From positions 64,001-128,000 of the forward strand of contig CAWJGT010000007.1 of assembly GCA_963842525.1 (NCBI GenBank): a stretch of 64,000 nucleotides of DNA, read 5' to 3'. The notes under the pieces were generated by a model that was not told where the DNA came from, did not search any database, and saw only the letters and a list, made by a program, of their open reading frames with translations. The translations under genes and the position numbers were made by a program. The stretch is from an uncultured Holophagales bacterium. GTDB taxonomy: Bacteria > Acidobacteriota > Thermoanaerobaculia > Multivoradales > UBA5704. Within the stretch, counting starts at the first letter, position 1; the number at the start of each line of letters is the position of its first letter. Below are positions 37,839-50,131 of the stretch, in pieces.

Positions 37839-40580
37839 GTGATCCCTATCCCTGGTCTGGAGACTGACGCGAAAGGGCTCGGAGAAAACCGCCTGCCGGC
37901 GGAGTACGCTCACCATCTCTTCATCAGCTACGCCCGGCAGCCGGATCGGCCGTTGGCGAAACGGATCGAGAGCTTCCTTGAAGGCTTTCACCGGACCCTT
38001 CGGATGCCCCATCCGGAAGCGGGAGCGAGCCAGGCTCCGGAGCCCTTGCGGGTTTGCGTCGATGGCAGCGACTTCGTGCTGCCGGCTCCCGATGCCACGG
38101 GTGCGGTGCGCAGCCGCGACATTGACGCGGTGATCTGCGAGCACTTAGCGCAATGCCGGGAGCTCCTGGTGCTTTGCTCGGAGCGGGCGGCCGCTTCCGC
38201 GTTTGTCGAAAGGGAGGTGGCCTGGTTTCTCGAGCATCGCGGGGAAGCCTACGTTCGCGTGGCGCTGACCGAGGGAAACGATCCGCTTCTCGAACCCGAG
38301 AGATACTTTCCCAGGGCCCTCGTCGAGAGAGGCTTCGCGAAGCGCGCCTGTTACGACCTGCGCGGCTTCCGGCAGCGCGAAGCCAAGACTTGGAACCGAG
38401 TGGACGAGCTCGACCGCGAGATGGTGCGACTTGCCGGGGACCTGTTGGGCAAACCGGCGGGTACGCTGTTTCCGACCTGGCTGCGCGAGCAGCAGTTGCG
38501 CCGCGCAAGAAATCGATGGGCCTGGGGCACGGTGGCGGCCTCGATCGTGGCCCTGACTCTGTTCGCCTACAGCCAATACGAAAGCTCGGGAAAAGAGCGA
38601 GCGCTGCGGCAGGCGGCGCAGGCCGAAGAGGAGGCACAACGGGAGCGCGCAAAAGCAGAGAAGCAGCGGGCCGACCTGCGGCAGCTCGAAGCGGAGATGG
38701 CGCGCAAAGAGAGGCAGCAGGAAGCCGAGCGCCGCAAGCTGGCGGAGGAGCGCGAACAGACAGAACAGGCGCTTCGCCGGGCTGCGCAAGCCTTCGAGAC
38801 CCTCTATCGCGATCCATATGAGGCCTTGCATCTGGCGGATCTTTCGCGCTCACAGCGCCGCCTGCCCGAAGCCGAGCGGGCGCTGGAATCCGCGTTCCGA
38901 TCCGCGGTGAGCCGCGCCGAGAATCGCAGGGACTACACGGCGCTCACGGGTAGCGGGCCCGGCTACCTGGCACGGCGATGGAGACAGGGCGACGTCTACT
39001 CCTATGTGAGTCCCGACGGACGGCACGTCCTTCTGGTGACCAAGCGGGCGCCTGACGGTGCGCATACGGAAGACGGCAAGGAGATGGCCGGCGACGTCTA
39101 CCTGCTCGACCAGGAAACGCTGCGGGTGCGCGAGCTCAGCTCCTGCGATCCCTCCGACAGGGGAAGGGTGGAGTATGCAGGCTTCGACGCATCCGGCCAG
39201 AGAGTGCTGCTAACACGCTATTTCCATTTTCAGGCGTACTCATTGGACGGTGCTTGCCAGGGTAAGGTGAACTTCAGCGAACACACCAAGTCTCCCATCC
39301 ATCTGGTGGGCGGCTACGTGCTCGGCCGGTTCGTGATCGGTGCCGATTCCAAGGGCGGTATCTGGTATCGCGAGCCGGACGGGAAAAGCCGCGGCGAGAT
39401 CCGCCCGGAATGGCCGCGCGAGCGCGATCCCGCCATTGCGTTTGCGATTCGCCCCGACGGCCGCGCCGCCACGATCGTGTTCGAATCGGGCAAGGCCGTG
39501 GAGGTACTGTTCGAAGCCGCCGGCAAGCACAAGGAGAGGCTGTTGCGGAAGACGGGCGTGCTCTGCGCGGTGTATCAGCCGGGTGGGGAAACGCTGGCAT
39601 TGGGGGATGAATCGGGCCGGGTCCATCTGTTCAAGCGCGGAGTCGAGGTGCACGGATCGAGCGTCGCGAGCAGCGCGATCGAAGAGCTTGCCTTCGCCGA
39701 TCAGGGGCATCGGCTGATCGCGGTATCCGCCGATCCAGGCGTTGTGTTGCTTTCCGTCGAATCCGGAGCTGCGAAGCCGGTCCGCTCCTCGATGGGCGAA
39801 TACGAGAAATGGGTGCGGCGCGTGCCCGTTCCCCGGGTGCGCCACTTTCGGGCGCTGGCCGATCAGCTCGGCCAGCCGATGGCCCGGGAGGCCATCCAGA
39901 CGGCTATTGTGAAAACCGAAGAGGCGGGTGGCCGCACCTTTCTCTTCACACAGGCAGAGAATCGCTTCTATCCCGAAGTTGCCTACGTGTCGGAAGGAAC
40001 GCAATTCCGGGCGTTGGACAACGAGGAAGACCCTGTCATCCAAGTGCACGAGTATCTGGGCCGGGCCTGGCTTGCGACGGAGCAGGGCCGGTTGCTCGAG
40101 CTGGATGAGGATTGGACGCAGTCGCGGCTGCCCCACAAGGCGCGCTTCCTGCGTGCCCGGGTCATTGACGGGAGTCTCTGGGTGGGTACGACGGCCGGAC
40201 TTTATGTTCTGGAGGGAGTGAACGCAAATCAGTTGATCAGCGCGGAAGCCGCGATTCTTGACATTGTGCCTGCGGGTCAGAAGGTGTGGATTGCCACGAA
40301 CCGCGGAGCCTATCTGCGCGACGAGGACGGCCAGTTCTATCGGGTGACGGAGAGCTTCCGAAACATCCGGTCGATTCAGATGATCGGTGATTTCGTGTGG
40401 ATGCTGACGGGCACGGAATCGGAACCCGGGCCGGCGCTCGTGGGGGCAGGTTTGCGCTTTCGGCCGGTGCCGGGCAGAGCGAGCCGCGTGACCGGGCTGG
40501 TGGAGGAGAACGGCGATGTTCTGCTGGCGACCCCGGCAGGGACACTGCGATTTCGCGACGGTGAGCTGAGGGGAAACTGA
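37839..40580 (+). CDS. TIR domain + TM + coiled coil + beta-propeller protein
   Basis: LFISYAR...LLVLCS...AFVEREVAWF; TM WAWGTVAASIVALTLFAY; WD40-like and WVGT/WIAT repeats. Confidence 0.72.
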   Translation: MIPIPGLETDAKGLGENRLPAEYAHHLFISYARQPDRPLAKRIESFLEGFHRTLRMPHPEAGASQAPEPLRVCVDGSDFVLPAPDATGAVRSRDIDAVICEHLAQCRELLVLCSERAAASAFVEREVAWFLEHRGEAYVRVALTEGNDPLLEPERYFPRALVERGFAKRACYDLRGFRQREAKTWNRVDELDREMVRLAGDLLGKPAGTLFPTWLREQQLRRARNRWAWGTVAASIVALTLFAYSQYESSGKERALRQAAQAEEEAQRERAKAEKQRADLRQLEAEMARKERQQEAERRKLAEEREQTEQALRRAAQAFETLYRDPYEALHLADLSRSQRRLPEAERALESAFRSAVSRAENRRDYTALTGSGPGYLARRWRQGDVYSYVSPDGRHVLLVTKRAPDGAHTEDGKEMAGDVYLLDQETLRVRELSSCDPSDRGRVEYAGFDASGQRVLLTRYFHFQAYSLDGACQGKVNFSEHTKSPIHLVGGYVLGRFVIGADSKGGIWYREPDGKSRGEIRPEWPRERDPAIAFAIRPDGRAATIVFESGKAVEVLFEAAGKHKERLLRKTGVLCAVYQPGGETLALGDESGRVHLFKRGVEVHGSSVASSAIEELAFADQGHRLIAVSADPGVVLLSVESGAAKPVRSSMGEYEKWVRRVPVPRVRHFRALADQLGQPMAREAIQTAIVKTEEAGGRTFLFTQAENRFYPEVAYVSEGTQFRALDNEEDPVIQVHEYLGRAWLATEQGRLLELDEDWTQSRLPHKARFLRARVIDGSLWVGTTAGLYVLEGVNANQLISAEAAILDIVPAGQKVWIATNRGAYLRDEDGQFYRVTESFRNIRSIQMIGDFVWMLTGTESEPGPALVGAGLRFRPVPGRASRVTGLVEENGDVLLATPAGTLRFRDGELRGN

Positions 40581-40594
40581 GACAGCCGCCCGCC

Positions 40595-42534
40595 TCACTC
40601 CACCGCCAGAGCGATCTGGTTGGCGAAGGCTTCGAGGAGGTGCAGCCGGTCGGGCGCGACGAGGAGACGGGGGTCCGCCGGGTGAACGCCGAGGACCCCG
40701 ACGATGCCGCGCGAGGTGCGTAGCGGGAGGTAGAGGCCCTTGGCGGCGGGGAGAGTGTCGGTGGTCTTGCCCGCCATTCTCCCGTGGTCGTGGACCCATT
40801 GGGCCACGGCCTGCTCCCGGACGTCGAAGAGGTAGGTCACAGATTCCGAAGCCCTTACGGACAGATGGCCCGCCGGGTCGGGCAGCAGGAGGAGGACCTG
40901 GCTGAGGAAAACCTCCTTGATGTGGCGGGCCGCGGCCTGGAGGATGGCCTCTTCGTCGGCAGCGGCGGCCAGGTCGCGGCTCATGGCATAGAGGGCCGCG
41001 GTGCGCGCCTCGCGGTCCCGCGCCGCCTCGGCCTGCTGGCGCAGCCGCGCCGTCAGGGTCGAGATCACCAGGCCGGTGAGGAGCATCACCGCGAAAGTGA
41101 TCAGGTACTCGGTGTCCGAAACGGCGAAGGTCAGGTACGGTTTGACGAAGAAGAAATCGAAGGCGGCCACGGAGAGGACCGAGGCCAGCACCGCCGGCCC
41201 TCTCCCCAGCCATGCCGCGGCTCCCGACCACGCCGAGGAGGAACACCATCACCAGGTTGACGGGCTCCAGGGCCCCGAACAGCAGGGCCGAGATCCCAGT
41301 GCACAGGGCGACCACGCCCAGGCTCCAGAGATAGGCTCGCGCGGGGGTCCGCGGGCGGCCGCTCCAAGCCGCCGGGGCGGTCCATCCCGCCCCCTCTTCG
41401 CCCGAGATGACGTAGATATCGATCTCGTCGCTGTTGCGTTCGAGGTCGTCCCGTACCGAGCCGAAGAGGACGTCCCGCCAGCGCGGGTGGGCCGGCTTGC
41501 CCACCACGATCTTGGAGACGTTGCGCCGCCGGGCATACTTGAGGATCTCCTCGGCCGGGCGCTGTCCCGGTGAGGACCGCCGTCTCCGCTCCCAGCTTCT
41601 CGGCCAGCCGCAGGGTCTGCCAGACGCGGTCCTTGTCCTTCTGCGGGAGACGGACCTCGGCAGGGGTCTCCACATAGACCACCAGCCACTCGGCCCGCAG
41701 GCGCTCGGCCAGGCGGCGGGCCGCCCGCACCAGCCGCGCCGAATCCGGGCCGGAGCTGACCGCCAGCAGGATGCGCTCGGCGATCGGCCAGGTCTCGGCG
41801 ATGCCGTGGAGCTGCCGGTAGCGCTGCATCTGCGCGTCGACCCGCTCGGCGGTCTTGCGCAGGGCCAGCTCGCGCAGGGCGATCAGGTTGCCCGGCCGGA
41901 AGAACTGCTGGACCGCCCGCTCCGCCTGATCGGGGACATAAACCTTCCCCTCCTCGAGCCGCCGGATCAGCTCCTCGGCCGGCAGGTCCACCAGCTCCAC
42001 CTGGTCGGCGCGGTCGAAGAAGGAGTCGGGCACGGTCTCGCGCACAGCGACGCCCGTGATCTTGCCGACCAGGTCGTTCAGGCTCTCCAGGTGCTGGACA
42101 TTGATGGCGGTCCGGACGTCGAGCCCGGCGGCCAGCAGCTCGTCCACGTCCTGCCAGCGCCGGGCGTGGCGCGAGCCCGGCGCGTTGGTATGGGCCAGCT
42201 CGTCGACGAGGATCACCGCCGGTCGGCGGGCGAGCGCGGCGTCGAGGTCGAAATCCTTCAGGACGATGCCCCGGTGCTCCACGGCCCGCGGCGGCAGGAT
42301 CTCCAAACCCGACAGCAGGGCTTCGGTCTCTTTGCGGCCATGCGTGTCCACCCAGCCCACGACGACATCCACGCCACGCCGCCGCAGCTCGTGGGCCGCC
42401 TCCAGCATGGCGTAGGTCTTCCCCACCCCGGCCGTGGCGCCGAAGAAAATCTTGAGCTTGCCGCGCTGCGCGCTCTCCTCCTCGGCCTGGGCGAGGGCGA
42501 GCAGGGCGTCGGGATCAGGGCGGTCGGCGGTCAC
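40595..42534 (-). CDS. kdpD: KdpD sensor (KdpD+Usp+DUF4118+GAF) without kinase domain; two frameshifts
   Basis: [38 protein letters not shown]; ends NQIALAVE*. Confidence 0.82.
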
Positions 42535-43163
42535 CCCTGCGCCTCCGGGCCCTCACCCCCTCGATCCCCCTCTCCCATCCGCACTCCCTGTCCCCCGGGA
42601 GAGGGGGAGGAATCCAACGCGAGATTGAGTTTCAGCACGTTGACTCGCGGCTCGCCGAGGACGCCGAAGGTGCGGCCCTCGACGTGCTCCTCGACCAGCC
42701 GGCGGACCGCCGCGGGATCGAGGCCGCGAGCGGCGGCCACCCGCTCCACCTGATAGAAGGCCGCGGCCGGCGAGATGTGCGGGTCGAGGCCGCTCCCCGA
42801 GGTGGTGACGAGGTCCACCGGGACCGGCCCTTTTCCGGGATGCGCGGCCTGGATGCGCGCGACGTCCGCCTTCACGCGGTCGAGGAGCGCCGGGTTGATC
42901 GGGCCCAGGTTGGAGCCGGACGAGGCGGCGGCGTTGTAGGCCGGCGCAGTGGCGGACGGGCGGCTCCAGAAATAGCTCGGGCCTGCGAACGGCTGCCCGA
43001 TCAGCTCGGAGCCAACGGCCTTGCCATCCCGCTCGATCAGGCTGCCGTTCGCCTGATGGGGAAAGACGAGCTGCGCGATGCCGGTCACGAGCAGAGGATA
43101 GACCAGGCCGGTGACCACGGTCAGAACGAGGAAGATCAGAACGGCGGTGACAAGGTTTCTCAT
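42531..43163 (-). CDS. kdpC: K+-transporting ATPase subunit C
   Basis: [40 protein letters not shown]. Confidence 0.93.
   Translation of the reverse strand: MRNLVTAVLIFLVLTVVTGLVYPLLVTGIAQLVFPHQANGSLIERDGKAVGSELIGQPFAGPSYFWSRPSATAPAYNAAASSGSNLGPINPALLDRVKADVARIQAAHPGKGPVPVDLVTTSGSGLDPHISPAAAFYQVERVAAARGLDPAAVRRLVEEHVEGRTFGVLGEPRVNVLKLNLALDSSPSPGGQGVRMGEGDRGGEGPEAQG
42549..42609. repeat. REP half-element translated as KdpC C-terminus
   Basis: Same arm as 16169; encodes [20 protein letters not shown]. Confidence 0.8.
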
Positions 43164-43165
43164 GG

Positions 43166-45235
43166 CTACACGAGCCTCAGGGCCTGGAGGAGGAGATCGA
43201 TCAGCTTGATGCCGACGAAGGGGACGATCACCCCTCCCAGGCCATAGATCAGAAGGTTGTCGCGCAGCAGGCGCGAGGCCGAATGGCGGCGGAACTTGAC
43301 GCCCCGCAACGCCAGCGGGATCAGCGCGATGATGATCAGGGCGTTGAAGATGACGGCCGACAGGATCGCGCTCTGCGGGCTCGCCAGGTGCATCACGTTG
43401 AGCCGGTCGAGCACCGGATAGGTGGTGGCGAAGGCCGCCGGGATGATGGCGAAGTACTTGGCCACGTCGTTGGCGATGGAGAACGTGGTCGAGCGTGCCG
43501 CGGGTGATCAGGAGCTGCTTGCCGATCTCCACGGTCTCGAGGAGCTTGGTGGGGTTGGAGTCGAGGTCCACCAGGTTCGCCGCCTCCTTGGCCGCCTGGG
43601 TGCCGGCGTTCATCGCCACGGCCACGTCGGCCTGGGCGAGCGCCGGCGCGTCGTTGGTGCCGTCGCCGGTCATCGCGACCAGCCGCCCGCCCGCCTGGTA
43701 CTCGCGGATGAGCTTCAGCTTGGCCTCGGGCGTGGCCTGCGCCAGGAAGTCGTCGACCCCGGCCTCGGCGGCGACGGCCGCCGCGGTCAGCGGATTGTCG
43801 CCGGTGATCATCACCGTCTTGATGCCCATGGCGCGCAACTGGGCGAAACGCTCGCGGATGCCGCCCTTGACGATGTCCTTGAGGTGGATCACCCCGAGCA
43901 CCTGCGCCCTCCTCGGCGACCACCAGAGGCGTGCCGCCGGAGCGTGCGATCGTCTCGACCTTGCTGCGAACATCGGCCGGGAACGTGCCTCCAAGAGAGA
44001 TGACGAACGCCTCGACGGCGTCGGCAGCGCCTTTGCGGAGCTTGCGTCCGTTCAGGTCCACTCCGCTCATGCGCGTCTGCGCGGTGAACGGCACGAAATG
44101 GGCGCCCAGCGTATGGATGTCGCGCTCGCGGATCTTGTATTTCTCCTTGGCGAGCACCACGATGCTGCGTCCTTCGGGGGTCTCGTCGGCCAGCGACGAG
44201 AGCTGGGCCGCGTCGGCGAAACGCGCCTCTCCGATCCCCTCGGCATGCAGGAATTCGGTGGCCTGCCGGTTGCCCAGGGTGATCGTGCCGGTCTTGTCGA
44301 GCAGCAGCACGTCGACGTCTCCCGCCGCCTCCACCGCGCGGCCGGACATGGCGATGACGTTCGCCTGGATCATGCGGTCCATGCCGGCAATGCCGATGGC
44401 GGAGAGAAGGCCGCCGATCGTCGTCGGGATCAGGCAGACGAGGAGCGCCGTCAGCACCGTGACGGTCACCGGCGAGCCCACGCCGGCCGAGGTGACGCTG
44501 TAGATCGAGAACGGCAGCAGCGTGACGGTCGCGATGAGAAAGATGAGGGTGAGCGCGGCGAGGAGGATGAGACAGGGCGATCTCGTTCGGCGTCTTCTGG
44601 CGCTTCGCCCCCTCGACGAGCGCGATCATGCGGTCGAGGAAGGTCTCGCCGGGATTGGCCGTGATGCGGATGATCAGCCAGTCGGAGAGCACCTGGGTGC
44701 CGCCCGTCACCGAGCTGCGGTCGCCGCCGCTCTCGCGGATCACCGGCGCGCTCTCGCCGGTGACCGCCGCCTCGTTGACCGAGGCTGCGCCCTCGATCAC
44801 CTCGCCGTCGCCCGGGATGGTGTCTCCTGCCTCGACGAGGACGATGTCTCCTTTTCTGAGATCCGTCGAAGACACCTCGCTGCGGGGCGCACCAAATCGA
44901 GCCTCGCCGAGCTTTTTCGCCGCCGTCGTGCGCCGGGTCTGCCGCAGGGCCGCGGCCTGCGCCTTGCCTCGGCCTTCCGCCATGGCCTCGGCGAAGTTGG
45001 CGAACAGCACGGTAAACCACAGCCAGAGGGCCACCGCCAGGATGAAGCCGGCGGGCGCCTCGCCCCGGCCGACCAGCGCCTGGATGAACAGACCCGTGGT
45101 GAGGAAGCTTCCGACGTAGACCACGAACATCACCGGGTTGCGCACCATCCGCCGCGGATCGAGCTTGCGGAAGGAATCCTTGATCGCCGCGCGGACGATC
45201 TTGGGATCGAAGAGCGATTTCTGACGCTTGGACAT
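43166..45235 (-). CDS. kdpB: K+-transporting ATPase subunit B (about three frameshifts)
   Basis: [39 protein letters not shown]. Confidence 0.9.
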
Positions 45236-45238
45236 GGC

Positions 45239-46979
45239 TCAGATTCCTCCGGCCGTCATCTGCAGGTGCTCGACGATGGGACCGAGCGCCAGCGCCGGGA
45301 AGAAGGTCAAGCGCTCCCACCAGCACGACCACGCCGATCAGGAACACGACGAAGAGAGGCGTGTGCGTGGGCAGCGTCCCCGGCCCGGCCGGCACCAGCT
45401 TCTTCTTCGCCAGCGACCCGGCGATCGCCAGCGTCGGAATGGCCAGCCAGAAGCGGGCGAAGAGCATGGCGATGCCGCCGGTGGTGTTGTAGAACGGGTT
45501 GTTGGCGCCCAGGCCTGCGAAGGCGCTGCCGTTGTTGTTGCCCTGCGACGTGAAGGCGTAGAGCACCTCGGAGAAACCGTGGGCGGCCGGGTTGAAGATC
45601 GTCTTGAGGCCCGGTTCCGCGACCACCGCCAGGGCAGTCAACCCCAGCACGACGAACGGATGGAATGAGAACGACCAGCGACGCCATCTTCATCTCATAG
45701 GCCTCGATCTTCTTGCCCAGGTACTCCGGCGTGCGGCCCACCATGAGGCCGGCGATGAAGACCGCGACGAAGACGAAGACCAGCATGCCGTAGAGGCCCG
45801 AGCCGACGCCGCCGAAGATCACCTCGCTGAACTGCATGAGGAAGAGCGGCACGAGGCCGCCGAGCGGCGTGTAGGAGTCGTGCATCGAGTTGACCGAGCC
45901 GTTCGAGGCCGCCGTCGTCGCCGATGCCCAGAGGGCGGAATTGGCGATGCCGAAGCGCACCTCCTTGCCTTCCATGTTGCCGCCGGACTGCAGCGCGCTC
46001 GCCTGCTGATCGATTCCGAGCCGGTCGAAGACCGGGTTGCCTGCCTGCTCCTGGCCTGTAGCACAGCGCCAGCAAAGGCAGGAGCGATCAACGTCATGGC
46101 GGCGAGCACCGCCCAGCCCTGGCGGGTATCACCCACCATGCGACCGAAGGTGTAGCAGAGGGCGGCCGGCGATCAGCAGGATCGACAGCATTTCGAGGAA
46201 GTCGGAGAGCGGCGTCGGGTTCTCGAACGGATGGGCGGAGTTGGCGTTGAAGAAACCGCCGCCGTTGGTGCCGAGCTGCTTGATCGCGACCTGCGAAGGC
46301 CGACCGGCCCGCACGGCCAGCACTCTGCCTCGGCCCGCGGTCTTCGAGGAGGGTCACCGTCCTGGACGGCGAAGCGTCTGCACGACGCCCTGCGACACGA
46401 GGACCAGGGCCAGGACCAGCGACAGCGGCAGCAGGATGTAGAGCGTCGTCCGGGTCAGGTCGACCCAGAAGTTGCCGATCGTCTTGGCGTTCCTGCGCAC
46501 CAGGCCGCGGATGAACGCCACCAGGACCGCCATGCCGGCGGCCGCCGAGACGAAATTCTGCACCGTGAGCCCCAGCATCTGCGTCAGGTAGCTCATCGTC
46601 GTCTCGCCGCCGTAGCCCTGCCAGTTGGTGTTGGTCACGAAGCTCGACGGCGGTGTTGAACGACGAGTCAGGAGTCACCGCCGGCAACGACTGCGGGTTC
46701 CAGCGGCAGCAGCCCCTGCAGGCGCTGCAGCGCGTAGAGGAAGACGAAGCCCACGACGCTGAACAGCAGCATGGAGAACGCATAGACCTTCCAGTCCATC
46801 TCCTCGTCCGGGCGCACGCCGCTCAGGCGGTAGATCAGCCGCTCGACGGGGCCCAGGACGCGGTCGAGGCCGAACGGCTTGCCCTCGTAGACGCGCGCCA
46901 TGTAGGCGCCGAGCGGCTTGGCGAGGGCCAGCAGGACGACGAAGAAGAAGCCGATCTGAAGCAGTCCGTTGGCAGTCAT
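45239..46979 (-). CDS. kdpA: K+-transporting ATPase subunit A (many frameshifts)
   Basis: [53 protein letters not shown] spread over several frames. Confidence 0.88.
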
Positions 46980-47068
46980 CAGAATCGCTCCGGTTTCAGC
47001 AGGGCCGCGAACAGGTAGACGGTCAGCAGCACCGTCACCACGAGGCCGAGGACGTAGAGGCCGTTCAT
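46979..47068 (-). CDS. kdpF: KdpF
   Basis: MNGLYVLGLVVTVLLTVYLFAALLKPERF; TGATG overlap with kdpA. Confidence 0.88.
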   Translation of the reverse strand: MNGLYVLGLVVTVLLTVYLFAALLKPERF

Positions 47069-47169
47069 TTCTTTTCCTCCTCCGCCGGTGCCAGGGAAGC
47101 GCAGAGGCGCACGAACCACCAGGATGCTGCGAAGAAGATGAGGGTCAGGGCAATGTAAAGGAAATCCAT
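47065..47169 (-). CDS. 34-aa single-TM peptide upstream of kdpF
   Basis: RBS GGAGG; MDFLYIALTLIFFAASWWFVRLCASL; ATGA coupling to kdpF. Confidence 0.7.
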   Translation of the reverse strand: MDFLYIALTLIFFAASWWFVRLCASLAPAEEEKK

Positions 47170-47180
47170 GGTGTCCTCCG

Positions 47181-48287
47181 TCAGAACGTGAAGATGGAGG
47201 CCAGGGCGAAGAGAAGCTGGTCCTTCTCGGCGGTCCCCTCCGTCTCGCCCGTGAAGATCCGCGCGCTGGAACGGTCGTAGCGGCCTTCCAGCTTGAGGAT
47301 GACCCTCTCGTGCGGCCTGTGCTCGAAGGTCAGGGTCCCCTCCTCGATGTCCTGGGACAGGCCCGAGATCCAGTCGTCGGGATCGGCGAACCGCTCCGCG
47401 CGCAGCGCCACGGCCCAGGTGGGCGCGAGCTGATAGCGCAGGAAGCCGGCGATGGACGTCCATTCCGCGGTGTCGCTCCCCGGCAGCTCCTGCCGGCCGA
47501 CGTAACCTTCGAAGGCCAGATCCAGCGCGTCGGAGACCTTGGCGGTGGCGACCAGGTCGAGCAGCATACGCTGGCGGCTGTCGTCGTTCTGCAGCTCCGG
47601 TCCCCTCCAGCCATTCAGGGCCACTGACGCTCGCGGCGAGGCCCAGGCCAGACGCGCACCCAGGCTCTTGGCGTCGTTGTTCTCGCCGATGATCTGCCAG
47701 CCGTTCAGGACGTGCAGCTCGCCCGACCAGTGATCCGAGAACGTGTAGGCGGCCTTGATGCCCGTCTGGTAGTAGGGGGTGAAGTTGCCCGCCCAGGAGC
47801 CGGTGTAGCTCCAGGTGTCGCGGGTCAGGGCGCTCTCGAAGCCGATGTGGCTCGGGAAGATCCCCGCCTCGACCAGCAGGCGCTCCGACGGCGCATAGCT
47901 CACCGAAGCCCGGTAGATGTTGCGCAGCTCGTCGCGGCCGATCATCTCGCCCTCGGGCTCACCCGCGTGCAGGATCTCGATCGCATTGCCGGCCCCGGCG
48001 ATCAGGTGGAAACCAACCGGCTCCGGAGCGCGGCGGATCTCTACCGCGGCCCAGTTGAGGGCGAATTCCTCGGAGCGCTTGGCCGCCACGCCCGCGCCCG
48101 GGAAGAAGTTCGCATGGCCGGCCGGGTGGTTGGTATTGTAGCTGTAGTAGAGGTCGACGAAGCCGCCGATCTCCCAGTCCTTCTCTTCCTCTTTTTCGTC
48201 AGCCGCCATTGCGGGCTCCTGCGCCGCGAGCGGCAAACCCAGGAACGCCGCCAGAATCAGCGGCGCCAGAAAAACCTTGTCGTTCAT
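47181..48287 (-). CDS. Outer-membrane beta-barrel porin (kdp-associated)
   Basis: Signal peptide, GFVDLYYSYN, SHIGFES, TPYYQTG, terminal Phe. Confidence 0.8.
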   Translation of the reverse strand: MNDKVFLAPLILAAFLGLPLAAQEPAMAADEKEEEKDWEIGGFVDLYYSYNTNHPAGHANFFPGAGVAAKRSEEFALNWAAVEIRRAPEPVGFHLIAGAGNAIEILHAGEPEGEMIGRDELRNIYRASVSYAPSERLLVEAGIFPSHIGFESALTRDTWSYTGSWAGNFTPYYQTGIKAAYTFSDHWSGELHVLNGWQIIGENNDAKSLGARLAWASPRASVALNGWRGPELQNDDSRQRMLLDLVATAKVSDALDLAFEGYVGRQELPGSDTAEWTSIAGFLRYQLAPTWAVALRAERFADPDDWISGLSQDIEEGTLTFEHRPHERVILKLEGRYDRSSARIFTGETEGTAEKDQLLFALASIFTF

Positions 48288-50090
48288 ACCTGTCCTTTCG
48301 CAGCCGCGGGCAGCGTGAACCAGAAGGTCGTGCCGCGGCCCTCTTTGCTTTCACAATGGATCTCCCCGCCGTGGGCCTGGACGATCTCGCGCGCGATGGC
48401 GAGGCCGAGGCCCACGCCGCCCAGGTCCTGGGTTCCGGGGACTTGATAGAAGGGCTCGAAGATCCGCTCGATGTGCGCCGGCGGGATGCCATTGCCGGTA
48501 TCGGAGACGGTGAACCGGGTCCGGCCGTCCAGAGGCTCGGCCTTCACGGTCACCGCGCCGCCGCCCGGCGTATGGGCGAGCGCGTTGCGGAGCAGGGACG
48601 AGAGCACCAGCCCGGTCCGCTCCCGGTCGGCGAGGACGGGCGGCGCGTCGGGGTCGATCTCCGACACGAGCTTCACCTGCTCCCCCTGGTAGCACGCCGC
48701 GACGTTGCGCACCGCGGCGTCGACCAGGTCGGCGGGCGGGATCGGCTCGGGATGGAGCTGCTGGCGGCTCTCCTCCAGGCGCGACATGGCGCGCAGGTTC
48801 TCGGCGATCTGCTCCAGGCGCTCCAATCCTTCTTGTGCGCGCGGCTCGCGGGCGGAACGCAGAGGAGCAAGCGCTTCCTCCAGATCGCGGGCCGCGTTGG
48901 CCAGGAGGCCGGTATGCACCTCGATCCCCCGGCGCCGGTCGGTCACGTCCTCCAGGATCAGGACGAGCCCCTCCGGACGGCCGTTGCTGTCGTGCAGGAC
49001 GGAGGCACGCGGTACGAACAGCCGCTCGCGGCCCTCCACAGAGAGCCGGACCTCCTGCGGGGCGTGGCGTTCGGGCACGCGCCCGGCCTCGACCCGGTCG
49101 AGCAGGGGCGGCAGCCACGCGCGGTGCTGCTCCGACAGGGGCCCACCCGGCCGCAGCCCCAGCAGGTCTGCAGCCGCGCGGTTGGCCACCTCCACCCGGC
49201 GGTCCGGGGAAATTACGGCCACCGCTTCGGGCAGATCGTCGATCGCGAGCTGCGAGATGCGCTGTGCGCGCAGCAGCCGCGCCTGATCGGTTTCCCGCAG
49301 GTCCCGAAGGCCGCCGGCCATCGAGTTGAACGCGGCAGCGAGCTGCCCGAGCTCATCCCGCGAGGTGACCGGCACGGTCAGGTCGAGGTTTCCGCCCTCC
49401 ATCTCGCCGGCGGCCCGCGTCAGGCGCTGCAGCGGTCCCAGAGTGGCGCGGGAAAGGAAGGCCACGCAGATGCCGGCGAATGCCGTCCCCAGGAGGAGCA
49501 TCAGCGCCATGCGGCGGTTGGCGTCCTCCGCCAGCTCGCGCGCCCGGTCCTTCGCCTGCACCATGTTTTCCTGGTTGATGTCCGTGATCTCGTTGGCCGT
49601 CCGCTTGATCTGCTGGAAGGTCGGCAGGAGTTTCTGGAAATAGAGAGACCGCCGCTCCTCGACAGGAACGGCGGGATCGAGGACCCGCTGCAGGACCGGG
49701 ACATAGGCCGTGTAGAGCTGGCGCAGGCTCTCGGCCCGCTCCCCTTCGCCAGGCAGGGTGATGTTGCCGAGCTCGGTCTTCAGGGCCTCTTCGAACCGCG
49801 GCCGGTTCTGCGCGGCGAGGGTGCGCCCCTGCTCGGCGTGGCCAGCCAGAGCGAAGAGGGCGCCGCTGTCCATCCGTTCCAGAGCCTCCTTCATCCGCTC
49901 CGAGGCGATGACGCTCACATAGTTCTCGCGCAGGATGACGTCGATCGAGCGGCCGAGATCGGTGAGCAGCGAGATGCTTTCGACGCCGACCGCAATCAGG
50001 ATCGCCAGCAGGCCGACGAAGCCGAGGGTGAGCTTGGTGCGTAGCCCGAGGCCGTCCCGGGCGTCTGGGTGCTGGATTGCCGTTATTCAT
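48284..50090 (-). CDS. Periplasmic 4HB-HAMP-PAS histidine-kinase-like protein with degenerate H-box (5' frameshift)
   Basis: ILRENYVSVIA, SRDELGQLAAAFN, LRNALAHT, DTGNGI, GLGLAI; AARDLEEAL where HELKTP expected. Confidence 0.78.
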
Positions 50091-50131
50091 GGGCCATGAC
50101 CTCCACAGAGGCCAGTCTCGCGCCGGCGGCG

